NCBI GenBank assembly: GCA_041690135.1
Contig: JAWLHY010000019.1
Coordinates: forward strand, 32,001-96,000
Direction of reading: 5' to 3'
Origin: Armatimonadota bacterium
GTDB lineage: Bacteria > Armatimonadota > SYMT01
Length of the DNA stretch: 64,000 nucleotides
This document shows positions 9,851-20,484 of this stretch, one piece after another. The stretch's first letter is position 1. Each line of letters opens with the position of its first letter. A model generated the notes under the pieces. That model ran no database searches, was not told where the DNA came from, and saw only the letters and a program-made list of their open reading frames with translations. The position numbers and the translations under genes were made by a program.

Positions 9851-9906
9851 CGAAACAAAGAACGGCCCGGTCCCCACGTTTGGGGACCGGGCCGTTCTTT
9901 GTTTCG
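9851..9906. terminator. Perfect 26-bp inverted repeat; bidirectional-type terminator downstream of ftsH
   Basis: CGAAACAAAGAACGGCCCGGTCCCCA-cgtt-TGGGGACCGGGCCGTTCTTTGTTTCG. Confidence 0.85.
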
Positions 9907-9922
9907 TCTCCGGATCTATTGG

Positions 9923-11872
9923 TTAGGCCGGCTCGGGCCGGGGCCGGAGCTGCGGGGCCTGGGGCGTCCGCTTCTCGACCGGGTCCACCGGGTTCGCCGG
10001 AGCAGCCGGAGGGGCCGGCTTCGGCGGAGGCTCGGGAAGCTCCTCGCCGCGCATCAATGCCAGGAACTCTTCGCGGCCGATCGTCTCGCGCACCAGAAGC
10101 ACGTCCACGATGCGGTCCATCAGTTCCCGGTTCTCTTCCAGGATCTTCCGCGCTCGCTCGTAGCTGGACTCCATGATGGAGCGGACTTCCTCGTCGATGG
10201 CCTTCGCCACGTCCTCGGAGTAGTTCCGGTCTTCCATCAGGTCGCGACCCAGGAACGGATTACCGTGGCGCTGGCCCAGCTTCAACGGTCCCAGTCGCTC
10301 GCTCATCCCATACTCGGTAACCATGTTCCGAGCCAGGTCCGTGGCGCGATCCAGGTCGTTGCTGGCGCCCGTGGTGATCTCGTGGAATACCATGTCTTCC
10401 GCCACGCGCCCGCCCAGGAGGCCGGTGATCTCGTCGAGAATCTCGCTCTTGCTCACGAGGTACCGGTCTTCCGGCGGCAGGCTCCAGGTGATACCCAGGG
10501 CCATCCCGCGCGGCAGGATCGTGACCTTATGCACCTCGTTGGGGTGCGGAAGCACTTCCTGCACGATGGCGTGACCCACCTCGTGGTAGGCGATGATGTT
10601 CTTCACCTTGTCGTTGATGACGCGCGACTTTCGCTCGGGGCCCGCCACCACCCGGTCGATGGCCGCTTCGAAATCTTCCATGAAGATCTGCTGCTTGTTC
10701 TCGCGCGCAGCCTTCAGGGCGGCTTCGTTGACCATATTCGCCAGGTCGGCGCCGGTGAAGCCCGGCGTGCGGCGCGCCAACACGTCCAGATCCACCTCTT
10801 CCGCGATCGGCTTGCCCTTGGAATGTACGTCCAGGATCTTGCGCCGGCCGGTCACGTCCGGGTTGTCCACGATCACGCGCCGGTCGAAACGGCCGGGGCG
10901 CAAGAGTGCCGGGTCGAGAACGTCCGGGCGGTTCGTCGCCGCAATCAGGATCACGCCGGAGTTCGGATCGAAGCCGTCCATCTCCACCAGGAGTTGGTTC
11001 AGCGTCTGCTCGCGCTCGTCGTGACCACCACCGAGACCGGCACCGCGCTGGCGGCCCACGGCATCGATTTCGTCGATGAATACCAGGCTGGGCTTATTCG
11101 CCTTCGCCGTATCGAACAGATCGCGAACGCGGGATGCACCCACACCCACGAACATTTCCACGAAGTCGGAGCCGCTGATGTGGAAGAACGGCACTCCGGC
11201 CTCGCCGGCTACAGCGCGCGACAGCAGCGTTTTGCCGCATCCGGGAGGTCCCAACAGCAGTACGCCGCGCGGGATCTTCGCGCCCAGTGCCTGGAACTTC
11301 TTGGGGTTCTTCAGGAACTCCACAACTTCCTGGAGCTCGTGCTTGGCCTCTTCCACGCCCGCCACGTCTTCGAAGGTGACCTTCGGCACGTTGTCGGTGA
11401 GCCGCTTGGCCCGGCTGCGCCCAAAGTTGAGCGCCTGGTTACCGGTGCTTTGCGCCTGCCGCCAGAAGAGAACCCACAGGACCACGATGGCTCCCAGAGG
11501 AATCAATACGGAGACGAACACATTCTGAAGCGTGTCGGAAATGACCGGGTTCGGGTAATCAAAAACGAGGCCCGGCTGCTCCCGCATCCGCTCGCGCAGG
11601 ATCGCCGCAAGCTGGCCCTGGGCATCGCTGCTGCTGGGCAACTCCACGACGTACTCCGCCTGCTCGCCGGCGGGTGGCACCTGGGTGCCGTGGGCGCGAA
11701 TGTGTTCAATGGTGACACTCGTAATGGTGCCGCGCTCCAGCCTGCTCAGGAATTCCGAGTACTTCAGGGGAGTCCGGCGCTGGGTAAATCCGCTCATCGG
11801 GCTGCGAACAACAAAAAGCCCGACGACGACCAGCACCATAACCCAGAGCAGGTTGCGCATCAGTCTATTCAA
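9923..11872 (-). CDS. ftsH: ATP-dependent zinc metalloprotease FtsH
   Basis: Two TMs, [41 protein letters not shown] zinc motif; TTG start with GGAG RBS. Confidence 0.97.
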   Translation of the reverse strand: MNRLMRNLLWVMVLVVVGLFVVRSPMSGFTQRRTPLKYSEFLSRLERGTITSVTIEHIRAHGTQVPPAGEQAEYVVELPSSSDAQGQLAAILRERMREQPGLVFDYPNPVISDTLQNVFVSVLIPLGAIVVLWVLFWRQAQSTGNQALNFGRSRAKRLTDNVPKVTFEDVAGVEEAKHELQEVVEFLKNPKKFQALGAKIPRGVLLLGPPGCGKTLLSRAVAGEAGVPFFHISGSDFVEMFVGVGASRVRDLFDTAKANKPSLVFIDEIDAVGRQRGAGLGGGHDEREQTLNQLLVEMDGFDPNSGVILIAATNRPDVLDPALLRPGRFDRRVIVDNPDVTGRRKILDVHSKGKPIAEEVDLDVLARRTPGFTGADLANMVNEAALKAARENKQQIFMEDFEAAIDRVVAGPERKSRVINDKVKNIIAYHEVGHAIVQEVLPHPNEVHKVTILPRGMALGITWSLPPEDRYLVSKSEILDEITGLLGGRVAEDMVFHEITTGASNDLDRATDLARNMVTEYGMSERLGPLKLGQRHGNPFLGRDLMEDRNYSEDVAKAIDEEVRSIMESSYERARKILEENRELMDRIVDVLLVRETIGREEFLALMRGEELPEPPPKPAPPAAPANPVDPVEKRTPQAPQLRPRPEPA

Positions 11873-11933
11873 AGCAAATCCTCCAACGGGGCCGATATGT
11901 CCATTGAGAATCTATAACAGGAGACGTTGAGGG

Positions 11934-11962
11934 ATTATACCACGAGAGTACTACCCAGACAA
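11934..11962 (-). promoter_or_regulatory. Sigma70-type promoter of ftsH
   Basis: Minus strand TTGTCT-N17-TATAAT with extended TG (GTGGTATAAT). Confidence 0.65.
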
Positions 11963-12110
11963 CGCACGCCAGGGGGCTCTTCCGTGCCTGGATCATCCCC
12001 TCTTCCTAGCTCTCCTGCCGCTCGATTCCCCTCGGTCGCGATGATAGAGTATCCTCAGCTTACCGGTCGTTCCCGCCCGTGTCCGCTGTGCGATACCAGG
12101 AAAACGTCCT

Positions 12111-13115
12111 ATGTCAGACGCCCAAGCTCACCCAACTTCTCTGCCGATCCCCAACCGCCGTCCGCGTCGACTGCGCCGCACCGCAACGCTTCGCCGCCTG
12201 GTGCGGGAGACGTATCTCTCGACCAATGACCTGGTGTACCCCCTGTTCGTGACTCACGAAACGGAGACCAAGCGAGAGATCGGCGCGATGCCGGGCAACT
12301 ACCACTGGTCTATCGACCGGGTCGCTGCGGAGTGCGAAGAGATCGCTTCCCTCGGTATTCCCGCGGTGCTTCTCTTCGGCATCCCTGATGAGAAGGATCC
12401 GCACGGCAGCGGGGCGTTCCACCCCCAGGGTGTCGTGCAGGAAGCAGTCCGGCGGATCAAACAGGCCGTACCCGACCTGCTGGTGATCACCGACGTCTGT
12501 CTTTGTGAGTATACGGACCACGGGCACTGCGGCGTTATCCGAGACGGCGATGTTTTGAATGATCCGACTCTCCAACTTCTCGCGGACACGGCGGTGTCCC
12601 ACGCCGAGGCGGGCGCGGACATCATCGCCCCCAGCGACATGATGGACGGACGCATCGCCGCCTTGAGGGCCGGGTTGGATGCCGCGGGGTTCGAATCCAC
12701 CCCTATCCTCTCTTATGCGGCCAAGTACGCCTCCGCGTTTTACGGTCCGTTCCGCGAGGCCGCCGGCTCCACGCCCCAGTTCGGTGACCGGCGCAGCTAC
12801 CAGATGGACCCCGCCAACCGCCGTGAGGCGATCAAAGAGGTCCTGCAGGACCTGGATGAGGGAGCGGACATGGTAATGGTGAAGCCGGCCCTCTCCTATC
12901 TGGACATCATCCGGGAGATCAAAGATCTCACCGACGTTCCCGTGGCGGCCTATAACGTAAGCGGCGAGTACTCAATGGTGAAGGCTGCCGCCGAGCGGGG
13001 TTGGGTGGACGGCGAGCGGGTGATGATGGAGATTCTCACCAGCATCAAGCGAGCGGGCGCCGACATCCTGATCACGTACCATGCTAAGGAAGCCGCGCGG
13101 TTGCTGAACGGTTAG
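12111..13115 (+). CDS. hemB: Porphobilinogen synthase (delta-aminolevulinate dehydratase)
   Basis: [14 protein letters not shown] zinc site, [25 protein letters not shown]. Confidence 0.97.
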   Translation: MSDAQAHPTSLPIPNRRPRRLRRTATLRRLVRETYLSTNDLVYPLFVTHETETKREIGAMPGNYHWSIDRVAAECEEIASLGIPAVLLFGIPDEKDPHGSGAFHPQGVVQEAVRRIKQAVPDLLVITDVCLCEYTDHGHCGVIRDGDVLNDPTLQLLADTAVSHAEAGADIIAPSDMMDGRIAALRAGLDAAGFESTPILSYAAKYASAFYGPFREAAGSTPQFGDRRSYQMDPANRREAIKEVLQDLDEGADMVMVKPALSYLDIIREIKDLTDVPVAAYNVSGEYSMVKAAAERGWVDGERVMMEILTSIKRAGADILITYHAKEAARLLNG

Positions 13116-13126
13116 GGAGAACATTC

Positions 13127-13915
13127 ATGAATCATGTATGGTGGCGAACCCACTTGCGGAAGTTGCCGGAGTTGGGCTTCCTGGCGCGGTTTGGGAACTA
13201 CGTGGAGGTGGACCGGGCGATGCCGTTCCTGGCAGAGGCGCTGGACCTTCCAAGCGGAGCTCGCGTTCTAGAATTGGGCTGCGGGCGTGGCTCGTTCAGC
13301 ATCCGGCTGGCGCAGTGGGGTTACCAGGTAACCGGGATCGACGAATCCGAGCCGATGCTCGCCGTGGCTCGCGAGGAGGCCCGGCACCGGGAGGTGGAAG
13401 TGGAATTTCGCCAGGGCGATCTGCGCGAGCTCCCGGAGCGGAGCGTTTTCGACGGAGCGCTGCTCCTCGGCTTCGGCACCCTGAGCGACCCCGATAACGC
13501 AGCGATGATGCGGGCTGTGGCGGCCGCTTTGAAGCCGGGTGGGAAACTCGTGTTCGGCACCTGCAATCCTTACGCCTGGGCGCGCGAGCCGATCACGGAG
13601 CACCGCGCGCAGGAAGGGGTGGACATCATCCATCGTTATCGCTTTGACTTCGGGACAGGCTGCCTCAGCAGTCGGGTCCGCTGCATCCTCGCGAACGGCG
13701 AGCGGCGGAACCTTCCGGAGGCCAGCTTCCGCGCTTATACCCTGCCGGAACTCAAAGCGTTGACCGCCGCCACCGGCCTGGCGGACCTGCGGGTGTACGG
13801 TCAGGATGAGACCGGCGCGCCGCGTACGGACCGCGCGGCGGATCCGCTGCGGTCGCCCTCGTTCCATTGCGTGGCTATTCGGCCGGTGATCGGGGAGTCC
13901 GGGGAAGGCATCTAA
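13127..13915 (+). CDS. Class I SAM-dependent methyltransferase
   Basis: VLELGCGRG motif I, VTGIDES, LKPGGKLV. Confidence 0.85.
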   Translation: MNHVWWRTHLRKLPELGFLARFGNYVEVDRAMPFLAEALDLPSGARVLELGCGRGSFSIRLAQWGYQVTGIDESEPMLAVAREEARHREVEVEFRQGDLRELPERSVFDGALLLGFGTLSDPDNAAMMRAVAAALKPGGKLVFGTCNPYAWAREPITEHRAQEGVDIIHRYRFDFGTGCLSSRVRCILANGERRNLPEASFRAYTLPELKALTAATGLADLRVYGQDETGAPRTDRAADPLRSPSFHCVAIRPVIGESGEGI

Positions 13916-13928
13916 CTTCCCTACGGCC

Positions 13929-13964
13929 GATTAGGATAGGGATTACGATTAGGATAAGGATAGG
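13929..13964. repeat. Six tandem degenerate hexamers (GATWNN)
   Basis: GATTAG GATAGG GATTAC GATTAG GATAAG GATAGG. Confidence 0.8.
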
Positions 13965-14269
13965 CGCCGCGCTTGGACGGACGAACCAGGTCTCGTTCAA
14001 GCGCGGCCGCCCATTCGACTCGGGTTGATACCCAGACTACCCGAACCCGTTCTGGTCTCCTGAGGTAGCAGAAGGCCTCGTGCCCGTCGGTCACGGCACG
14101 CGCTAAATGTTGGGAGAACCAACTCCCGATGACGGAAAGTCCGTCTTGGTCACGGACCAAGCCTCCCGTGCACCGTTACTCCACCTGTTCGCGGAGTTCC
14201 CGTCCTGTTCGCGGCGAACCAGGGGAGCAGCGACAAATCCCTTGGAGTTAGTCGTACAGAGGAGCAACG

Positions 14270-14470
14270 ATGGAGAGCGAATGGATTCCACGGGAGGTTC
14301 TACTCCTTTCCGCCATGGTGTTGCTGGCATTCACGATGGTACCGCTCGTTTTTCACCGGCTTCGGTCTCACCTGGCGTTGCCGTTGCGGGGGAAATGGCT
14401 CACCCGCGCCCTCTGGCCTCTCGCCCTTGGTCTCCTTTTATTCGTTTTGGAGCTGCTCGCCCGCAGATAG
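14270..14470 (+). CDS. Small two-TM membrane protein (66 aa)
   Basis: AGAGGAG RBS before ATG; two hydrophobic segments. Confidence 0.55.
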   Translation: MESEWIPREVLLLSAMVLLAFTMVPLVFHRLRSHLALPLRGKWLTRALWPLALGLLLFVLELLARR

Positions 14471-14577
14471 CTCGCAGGCCCCTGCCTGACTGGTCAAGAT
14501 TTGTGTCTCCGCCTCCCATGGCTGACCCTATCTGCAGAGGAAGCGGAAAGGACACGGAACCTGGCTGCCCCCTAGGA

Positions 14578-16077
14578 TCAGGGGCGGAGTACCGTCTCCG
14601 CAACGGATTTGCCGCCTAGCTCCAGCACCAGGCGGATGTCGCTGCCCTCAGGCACGGCGAATCCCGTGAAGAAACCTCCCTCTTGAGGAACGCGAAGGTC
14701 CGATCCGTTCCGGATTTCGGTGGCGCCAAGGAAGAGCCGCAGGCGGGGCATGGGCGGTGTCGCGCCGCGTGCCCCAAGGGACACATTGACCCATCTTCCC
14801 ACTCGATGGAGCGCCACTTCCACATTCCCGTTGGGCGATGGCGCCAACCAGGTGCGGGGATAGGAGTACGTTTCGGGCTGAGCCAGGACAGAGGTTCCGT
14901 CCGGACGGACGTAGGTGTTGCGCACCGGGTCCCAGCGGGCTTTAATTGCTCCAAAACGGTGCAAATGTGAGCGCCACTGCGGTTCCTGGTTTTCGTAACT
15001 ACCTGTGAGGCGCTGGCCCCACTCGTCTTCCGCCACCGGGTATACGGGAGCCACCAAACGTAGAGCCTGATCACGGGCGATGGACCTACCCCATGCCTCT
15101 TCCGAGCCCCAGTCCGGCCACTCCGGTGAGGCGACCATGCTTTCGATCACCTCGAGGGGGTTGTCCGGCGGTCGTAAGGGCTGACTACGTACCCTCCCCC
15201 ACCGGCGGTAGGGCTCGAGGTGCCACTCCAACATCTCGGCCACACCGGCTAGCGAATAGCCATTGATGCCACTGAAGGGGATATCCCGGTGGAGCACCAC
15301 GGGAAACCGGGGTGAGAAGCGGAGGTGCTTTGGAGCGTCGGGATGAGGAAGTCCCACTACCATGGGTGGAAGATGTCCCGGGGAACGAGGTATCTCGAAC
15401 AGGCAGCGAACGACGACGAACAGGCCATCCCGACCGCCTCCAAAGGCGGGTTGGTCCGCAACGCGCAGGTATTCGTCGATCACCGCCAGGCCACCTGACT
15501 TGCCGAGGGGTTGCAGCCCATTAACCACCTGAATCACCCGAAGCGGATCGTTACGGTGGTCGTAGCCTTTGAGGCGGTCAATCAGGCGCAGGATCCGCCG
15601 CGTTTCCCGCTCCGGCGGCAGGTCCTTGCCCGGTAGCCGTTCGCCGTGCCCTAGTACCTCCACCACCTTTCCGAAGCTGTCGAAAGTGACGCGACCCAGT
15701 GTGGGAAAGGTCAAGTGACCTTCGCCGCCGTACGCCCAGGTTTCCACCCCGGACGGGTATACGAATCCCAATCGGGAGGCCCTGACTTCGTCACCGGCCC
15801 AGACGTCATCCGGTTCCCCCGGCAGTTTCCGGACTCTCTCCCGCGCCATCCCCTCCTGCACCCGAGCCAGCCGGCGCGCAAACGCGGCGCGGTCTCGCAG
15901 CGAGGGTTCGGTCGGTGCCAAGGCCGGCGCCGTGGGTGTTGCCAGTGCTTGCGGTAACCTGGGTGCCTCCGGCTTTACAGCCGCATAGAGGCCGCCAACG
16001 GCGGCAAGAACACCGACAACGAGCCCCAGAACCGGAGCGGTCCTCTTTCTCGGAATCACAACCTCTCCCCTGCCCAT
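14578..16077 (-). CDS. Hypothetical exported or membrane-anchored protein
   Basis: 499-aa ORF with an N-terminal hydrophobic segment; a GMARERVRKLPGEPD...ETWAY segment loosely like BamE/SmpA. Confidence 0.65.
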   Translation of the reverse strand: MGRGEVVIPRKRTAPVLGLVVGVLAAVGGLYAAVKPEAPRLPQALATPTAPALAPTEPSLRDRAAFARRLARVQEGMARERVRKLPGEPDDVWAGDEVRASRLGFVYPSGVETWAYGGEGHLTFPTLGRVTFDSFGKVVEVLGHGERLPGKDLPPERETRRILRLIDRLKGYDHRNDPLRVIQVVNGLQPLGKSGGLAVIDEYLRVADQPAFGGGRDGLFVVVRCLFEIPRSPGHLPPMVVGLPHPDAPKHLRFSPRFPVVLHRDIPFSGINGYSLAGVAEMLEWHLEPYRRWGRVRSQPLRPPDNPLEVIESMVASPEWPDWGSEEAWGRSIARDQALRLVAPVYPVAEDEWGQRLTGSYENQEPQWRSHLHRFGAIKARWDPVRNTYVRPDGTSVLAQPETYSYPRTWLAPSPNGNVEVALHRVGRWVNVSLGARGATPPMPRLRLFLGATEIRNGSDLRVPQEGGFFTGFAVPEGSDIRLVLELGGKSVAETVLRP

Positions 16078-16237
16078 TTACAGATGGACTGAAGTGCGTG
16101 TGCTCTTTCGGCCCAGAGTGGGCTCGCAAAGCTTCCGCCGCAGGTTGGCTGCAGACCAGAGGGTGCCCGCGAAATGAGTATGGGTGGAGATTCTGGTCAG
16201 TCAGCCCCGGATGTGAATCCGGGGAGGGCGGTCACAC

Positions 16238-16279
16238 GCCCCGGGCGAGTGGGTCGGAACCGACCCACTCGCCCGGGGC
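16238..16279. terminator. Perfect 19-bp-stem hairpin downstream of the acyl-CoA dehydrogenase
   Basis: GCCCCGGGCGAGTGGGTCG-gaac-CGACCCACTCGCCCGGGGC; no long U tract. Confidence 0.6.
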
Positions 16280-16300
16280 AACGTCCTCTACTACAAGCGC

Positions 16301-18076
16301 TTATTCCATGCCCAAAAGCATGTTGGCGACCTCGGTGGTTTCGGGATCGTGGTTCTCGCTGAGCTCGCGCATACGCTGCCGGATCCGGGTCTCGGCGGTC
16401 CGGCAATAGTAGCCGCCGATCTCCAGTTCCCGCCTGGCCTGCTCCGTATCCGCTTCGGGACCCTGCAGTAGCGCATCCAGGCGGGAGACGACCGCGATCA
16501 TCATGTAGATTTCCGTGGCGGCGTCGGCGATGCGGCCCTGCTGGTATTGGCGGTCGAGAATGTCTTCACGGTACTTCATCAACACTCCCTCGACGTTGTG
16601 GCCGAAGTCGCGGATGACGCTCTCGAGCAGATGGGCAAGATCGCTGATCTCCCGGCTCCGTACGGCGACATGGACCGCGTCCTGGCCCGGAAGGTGGCGC
16701 CGGGCAAAGTCTGTGATCTTGCCGAAGCCGGAGAGGGGGGACTTCAGGGCATCCAGCACACCCTTCAGCGCCATGCCGACATCGCGCATGCCGACCAGGG
16801 CGATGAAATTCCGGAGGACGTCATTGGCCCCTTCGCCGATCTGGTTGATCCGAGCGTCCCGCATCATCCGTTCGTAAGGCTGGTCCTTGAAATAGGCCCG
16901 GCCGCCGTAGATCTGGATCGTCTCGTTGACGATCTCCCAGAGGCTTTCGCTGGCGAACAGCTTGAGCATGGCCGTTTCGACCATGTACTCCTCTTCACCT
17001 CGGTCGATGAGGCCCGCGGTGAGATATGTGCCGGCCTCCATGGCGTAGGCCAGGGCCGCCATCTGCGCGATCTTCTTCTTCACCAGCTCGAAATGGCCGA
17101 GGGGATGGCCAAACTGGTGACGGGTCTGTGCATGCCGGATGGCGTCCTCCACGCACCGCTTCGCCGCACCGGTGCAGGTGGCGCCGAAGGTGGTGCGGCC
17201 GAAGTCGAGCAGGGTCAGCGCCACGCGGAGGCCTTTGCCCGGAGGACCGATGATGTTCTCGACCGGCACGGCTACATCGTGGAACGCCAGCTTCGCGGTA
17301 GCGGTGCCACGGATGCCGCACTTTTCCAGGGAGACGGCTTCCACCTCGAAGCCCGGCATGTCCGGGGTGACCAGAAACGCGGTGATGCGTTCACGGCCCT
17401 TCTCGTCGCGTGTGCCGGGCACCTTGGCCATCACCGTCAGGAGACCCGCGAGGCCGCCGTTGGTGATCCATTGCTTGCGGCCGTTGAGGATGTAGTGGGT
17501 GCCGGCTTCGTTGAGGACGGCACGCGTCTCGATGCCGGCGGCGTCGGAACCCGCATTCGGCTCGGTGAGGGCGAAGGCCGCCAGCATCTCGCCCCGCGAA
17601 AGGCGCGGCAGCCACTCGCGTTGTTGGGCTTCCGACCCGAACAGTAGCAGCGACTTCAATCCGATGCTCTGGTGCGCGTTGACGAGCACGCCGAGGGAAG
17701 CGTCAACCCGGCCGATCTCTTCCATCACCTTGCAGTACCCGTACTGCGAGAGGCCCAGCCCGCCGAACTCCCGCGGGATCGACATCGACATGATCCCCAG
17801 CTCGAAGAGGCGTTTCATCACCGGATCCGGGACCCGTGCTTCGCGGTCGATCTGGTCCGGATCCACTTCCGTGTTCAGGAACTCCCGCACCTCCGCGAGA
17901 TACCGCTGCAGGTCGGCCCGATCCTCCGGTGTGGGCGCGGGATACGGAAAGGCCAGGTCTGCGGCGAAGCGTCCGAAGAACAGCTCCTTGGCAAGACTGC
18001 GGTGCTCATCCTTTCCCAGGAGTTCTTCCGCCTCGCGAATCTGTCGCTCACGATCCGTCTCCACCGTTGCCGACAT
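16301..18076 (-). CDS. Acyl-CoA dehydrogenase (VLCAD/ACAD9-like, long C-terminal extension)
   Basis: FALTEPNAGSDA, NGRKQWITNG, RDARINQIGEGAND. Confidence 0.93.
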   Translation of the reverse strand: MSATVETDRERQIREAEELLGKDEHRSLAKELFFGRFAADLAFPYPAPTPEDRADLQRYLAEVREFLNTEVDPDQIDREARVPDPVMKRLFELGIMSMSIPREFGGLGLSQYGYCKVMEEIGRVDASLGVLVNAHQSIGLKSLLLFGSEAQQREWLPRLSRGEMLAAFALTEPNAGSDAAGIETRAVLNEAGTHYILNGRKQWITNGGLAGLLTVMAKVPGTRDEKGRERITAFLVTPDMPGFEVEAVSLEKCGIRGTATAKLAFHDVAVPVENIIGPPGKGLRVALTLLDFGRTTFGATCTGAAKRCVEDAIRHAQTRHQFGHPLGHFELVKKKIAQMAALAYAMEAGTYLTAGLIDRGEEEYMVETAMLKLFASESLWEIVNETIQIYGGRAYFKDQPYERMMRDARINQIGEGANDVLRNFIALVGMRDVGMALKGVLDALKSPLSGFGKITDFARRHLPGQDAVHVAVRSREISDLAHLLESVIRDFGHNVEGVLMKYREDILDRQYQQGRIADAATEIYMMIAVVSRLDALLQGPEADTEQARRELEIGGYYCRTAETRIRQRMRELSENHDPETTEVANMLLGME

Positions 18077-18222
18077 ATCCCCTCCCTCTGAAACACGTAC
18101 TCATACCTTGATCTTAATACCCAACGGCCCTACGTGCTACTACGGCACGGGTTGTCGTGGTACAATGCCGGGAAACAGTTGCCCGCGCGGGCACAGGTAA
18201 GGCAGAGCGGGGGAAAAGCATC

Positions 18223-20151
18223 GTGAGCGAAAAGGCGCCCAGGGAAGGGTTCAACGGTCTGCGGGTGGTGGCTCTGGAGAGCCGGCGCGCGACGGAGATG
18301 GAATCGCTGATCCGCAGTTTTGGGGGCGATCCGGTGGTGGCGCCGTCGATGCGGGAGATTCCCCTGGAAGAGAACCCGGAGGCCCTCGCCTTCGGCGAGA
18401 AGCTGCTGGCCGGCGAATTCGATGCCGTGTTGTTCCTCACGGGCGTGGGCGCGCGTGCCCTGGTGCAGACGCTGGAGTCGCGCTTCAGCCAGGACGAGAT
18501 TGTCGACGCCCTCTCCCGGGTCACTACAATCGCGCGCGGTCCGAAGCCCGTCAAAACCCTCCGAGAGTTGGGCGTACCGGTGACCATTACCGTGCCGGAG
18601 CCGAACACCTGGCGTGAGGTGCTGGAAACCCTGGAGTCCGATCCCCGTGGGTTCGAACTGCAGAAGGCGCGGCTGGCGGTACAGGAGTATGGGGTCTCCA
18701 ATGATTCCCTCCTCGACGGGCTGCGGGAGCGCGGCGCCGTGGTGACTCGCGTCCCTGTCTATCGCTGGGCTCTGCCGGAGGATGTGGGGCCGCTCCACGC
18801 CGCCATCCGGGAACTGGCGGAAGGAACGGCACGGGTAGTCCTCTTCACCAGCGCCACGCAGGTGGTGCACCTGATGCAGGTAGCCGCTGACCTGGGCCTG
18901 GAGGAGCGGCTGCGCCGGTCCCTCGCACAGGGCGTGGTCTGTTCCATCGGGCCCACCTGCAGCGAGATGCTGGAAAGCTACAGCCTCCCCGCCGATCTGC
19001 AGCCGGAGCACCCGCGGATGGGGCAGCTCGTGCGGGAAGCGGCAGAGCGCTCCGGGCAGATCCTGGCGGCGAAGCAGCCCATGAGCGCGGCGACTGCCCG
19101 AGACGCGCAGCCTGAAGCGGAACCGTGGCGCGACGCTCCCTTTTTGAAGGCGTGTCGCCGCGAGCCGGTGCCGTACACCCCCGTATGGTTGATGCGGCAG
19201 GCAGGCCGGTACATGAGCGATTACCGCGAGGTCCGCGCCCGCTACAGCTTCCTGGAGCTCTGCAAAGACCCGGATCTCGTCGCCGAAGTGACCGTCACCG
19301 CGCGGGACCGCATTAATGCCGACGCCGCGATCCTTTTCGCCGACATCCTCCTGATCGTGGAGCCCCTGGGCCTGAACCTGGAGTACAGCAAGGGCGAGGG
19401 GCCGGTCATCACCCCCACCGTGCGGGAGAGCGCCGATGTCGATCGCCTGACGGAAGTCGATCCCGAAGCACTTAGCTACGTTTACGACGCGGTGCGGGCC
19501 ACCCGCTGCGCGCTCGATCCGAAGATTCCCCTCATCGGCTTCTGCGGCGCTCCGTTCACCCTGGCATCCTACGTGATCGAGGGCAGCGGATCCCGGAGCT
19601 ACGAGTGGACCAAGTCGCTCATGTACCGCGACCCCGGCGCCTGGCACGCCCTGATGGACCGCATCTCCCGCGGCCTCATTGGGTACGTAAACCGGCAGAT
19701 CGAGGCCGGCGCGCAGGTTATCCAGATCTTCGATAGCTGGGTCGGCTGCCTGGGACCGGAGGACTACCGGGAGTTCGTCCTCCCCCACTCGCGGACCCTC
19801 ATCGAGGGCATCACCCCCGGCGTGCCCGTAATTCACTTCGGGACCGATACCTTCACCCTGCTGCGCGACATGCGCGAGGCGGGCGGCGACGTGATCGGCC
19901 TCGACTGGCGGACCGATTTCGGCCGCGGCTGGGCGGAAATCGGTCACGACCGGGCCGTGCAGGGCAACCTCGACCCACTGGTCCTCTACGCCGAGCCGGA
20001 GTTCATCAAGAAACGGGTCCGACACATCCTGGAGCAGGCGGAGAACCGTCCCGGCCATATCTTCAACCTGGGCCACGGCATCCTCCCCCGCACTCCCGTG
20101 GACAACGTGATCCGGTTGATCGAGTACGTCCACGAACTCAGCGCCCGGTGA
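18223..20151 (+). CDS. hemE: Fused uroporphyrinogen-III synthase (HemD) - uroporphyrinogen decarboxylase (HemE)
   Basis: N-half VVALESRRA, VPVYRWALP, LFTSATQV, SIGPTCS (HemD); C-half PVWLMRQAGRY, GAPFTLASY, QIFDSW, FNLGHGI (HemE). GTG start at 18223 is my choice. Confidence 0.92.
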   Translation: MSEKAPREGFNGLRVVALESRRATEMESLIRSFGGDPVVAPSMREIPLEENPEALAFGEKLLAGEFDAVLFLTGVGARALVQTLESRFSQDEIVDALSRVTTIARGPKPVKTLRELGVPVTITVPEPNTWREVLETLESDPRGFELQKARLAVQEYGVSNDSLLDGLRERGAVVTRVPVYRWALPEDVGPLHAAIRELAEGTARVVLFTSATQVVHLMQVAADLGLEERLRRSLAQGVVCSIGPTCSEMLESYSLPADLQPEHPRMGQLVREAAERSGQILAAKQPMSAATARDAQPEAEPWRDAPFLKACRREPVPYTPVWLMRQAGRYMSDYREVRARYSFLELCKDPDLVAEVTVTARDRINADAAILFADILLIVEPLGLNLEYSKGEGPVITPTVRESADVDRLTEVDPEALSYVYDAVRATRCALDPKIPLIGFCGAPFTLASYVIEGSGSRSYEWTKSLMYRDPGAWHALMDRISRGLIGYVNRQIEAGAQVIQIFDSWVGCLGPEDYREFVLPHSRTLIEGITPGVPVIHFGTDTFTLLRDMREAGGDVIGLDWRTDFGRGWAEIGHDRAVQGNLDPLVLYAEPEFIKKRVRHILEQAENRPGHIFNLGHGILPRTPVDNVIRLIEYVHELSAR

Positions 20152-20248
20152 GGGGAACGAATCTCTCGCAAAGACGCTAAGACGCAAAGAGGGAACGCCG
20201 ATTCCTGAATCCAGAACTGGGTTCAGACTTTCCAATGGGAACCGCTAT

Positions 20249-20273
20249 GTAGGGGCTCCCGCCGTGGTTGCCC
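20249..20273 (+). repeat. GTAG-type REP-like palindrome
   Basis: GTAGGGGCTCCCGCCGTGGTTGCCC: GTAG foot plus imperfect GC stem. Confidence 0.55.
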
Positions 20274-20484
20274 TCGGCGGTGTGGCTGATGGCCCCGGCG
20301 CAAACCCGTACCTGTCAACGAATTGCAGTATCCGTACCGGTCGGGTCGGCAGCCGGTCATGTGAACCTAGCGCCGTCCCGACCCTGAGTGTGGAATCGCC
20401 GCTTGCAGCGGCGTTTTGCGATGTGGATCACGGAACCTGCAGTGGCTGTAGGACCTACAGAGTTGCCCACAGCGCTTCGAAGGT

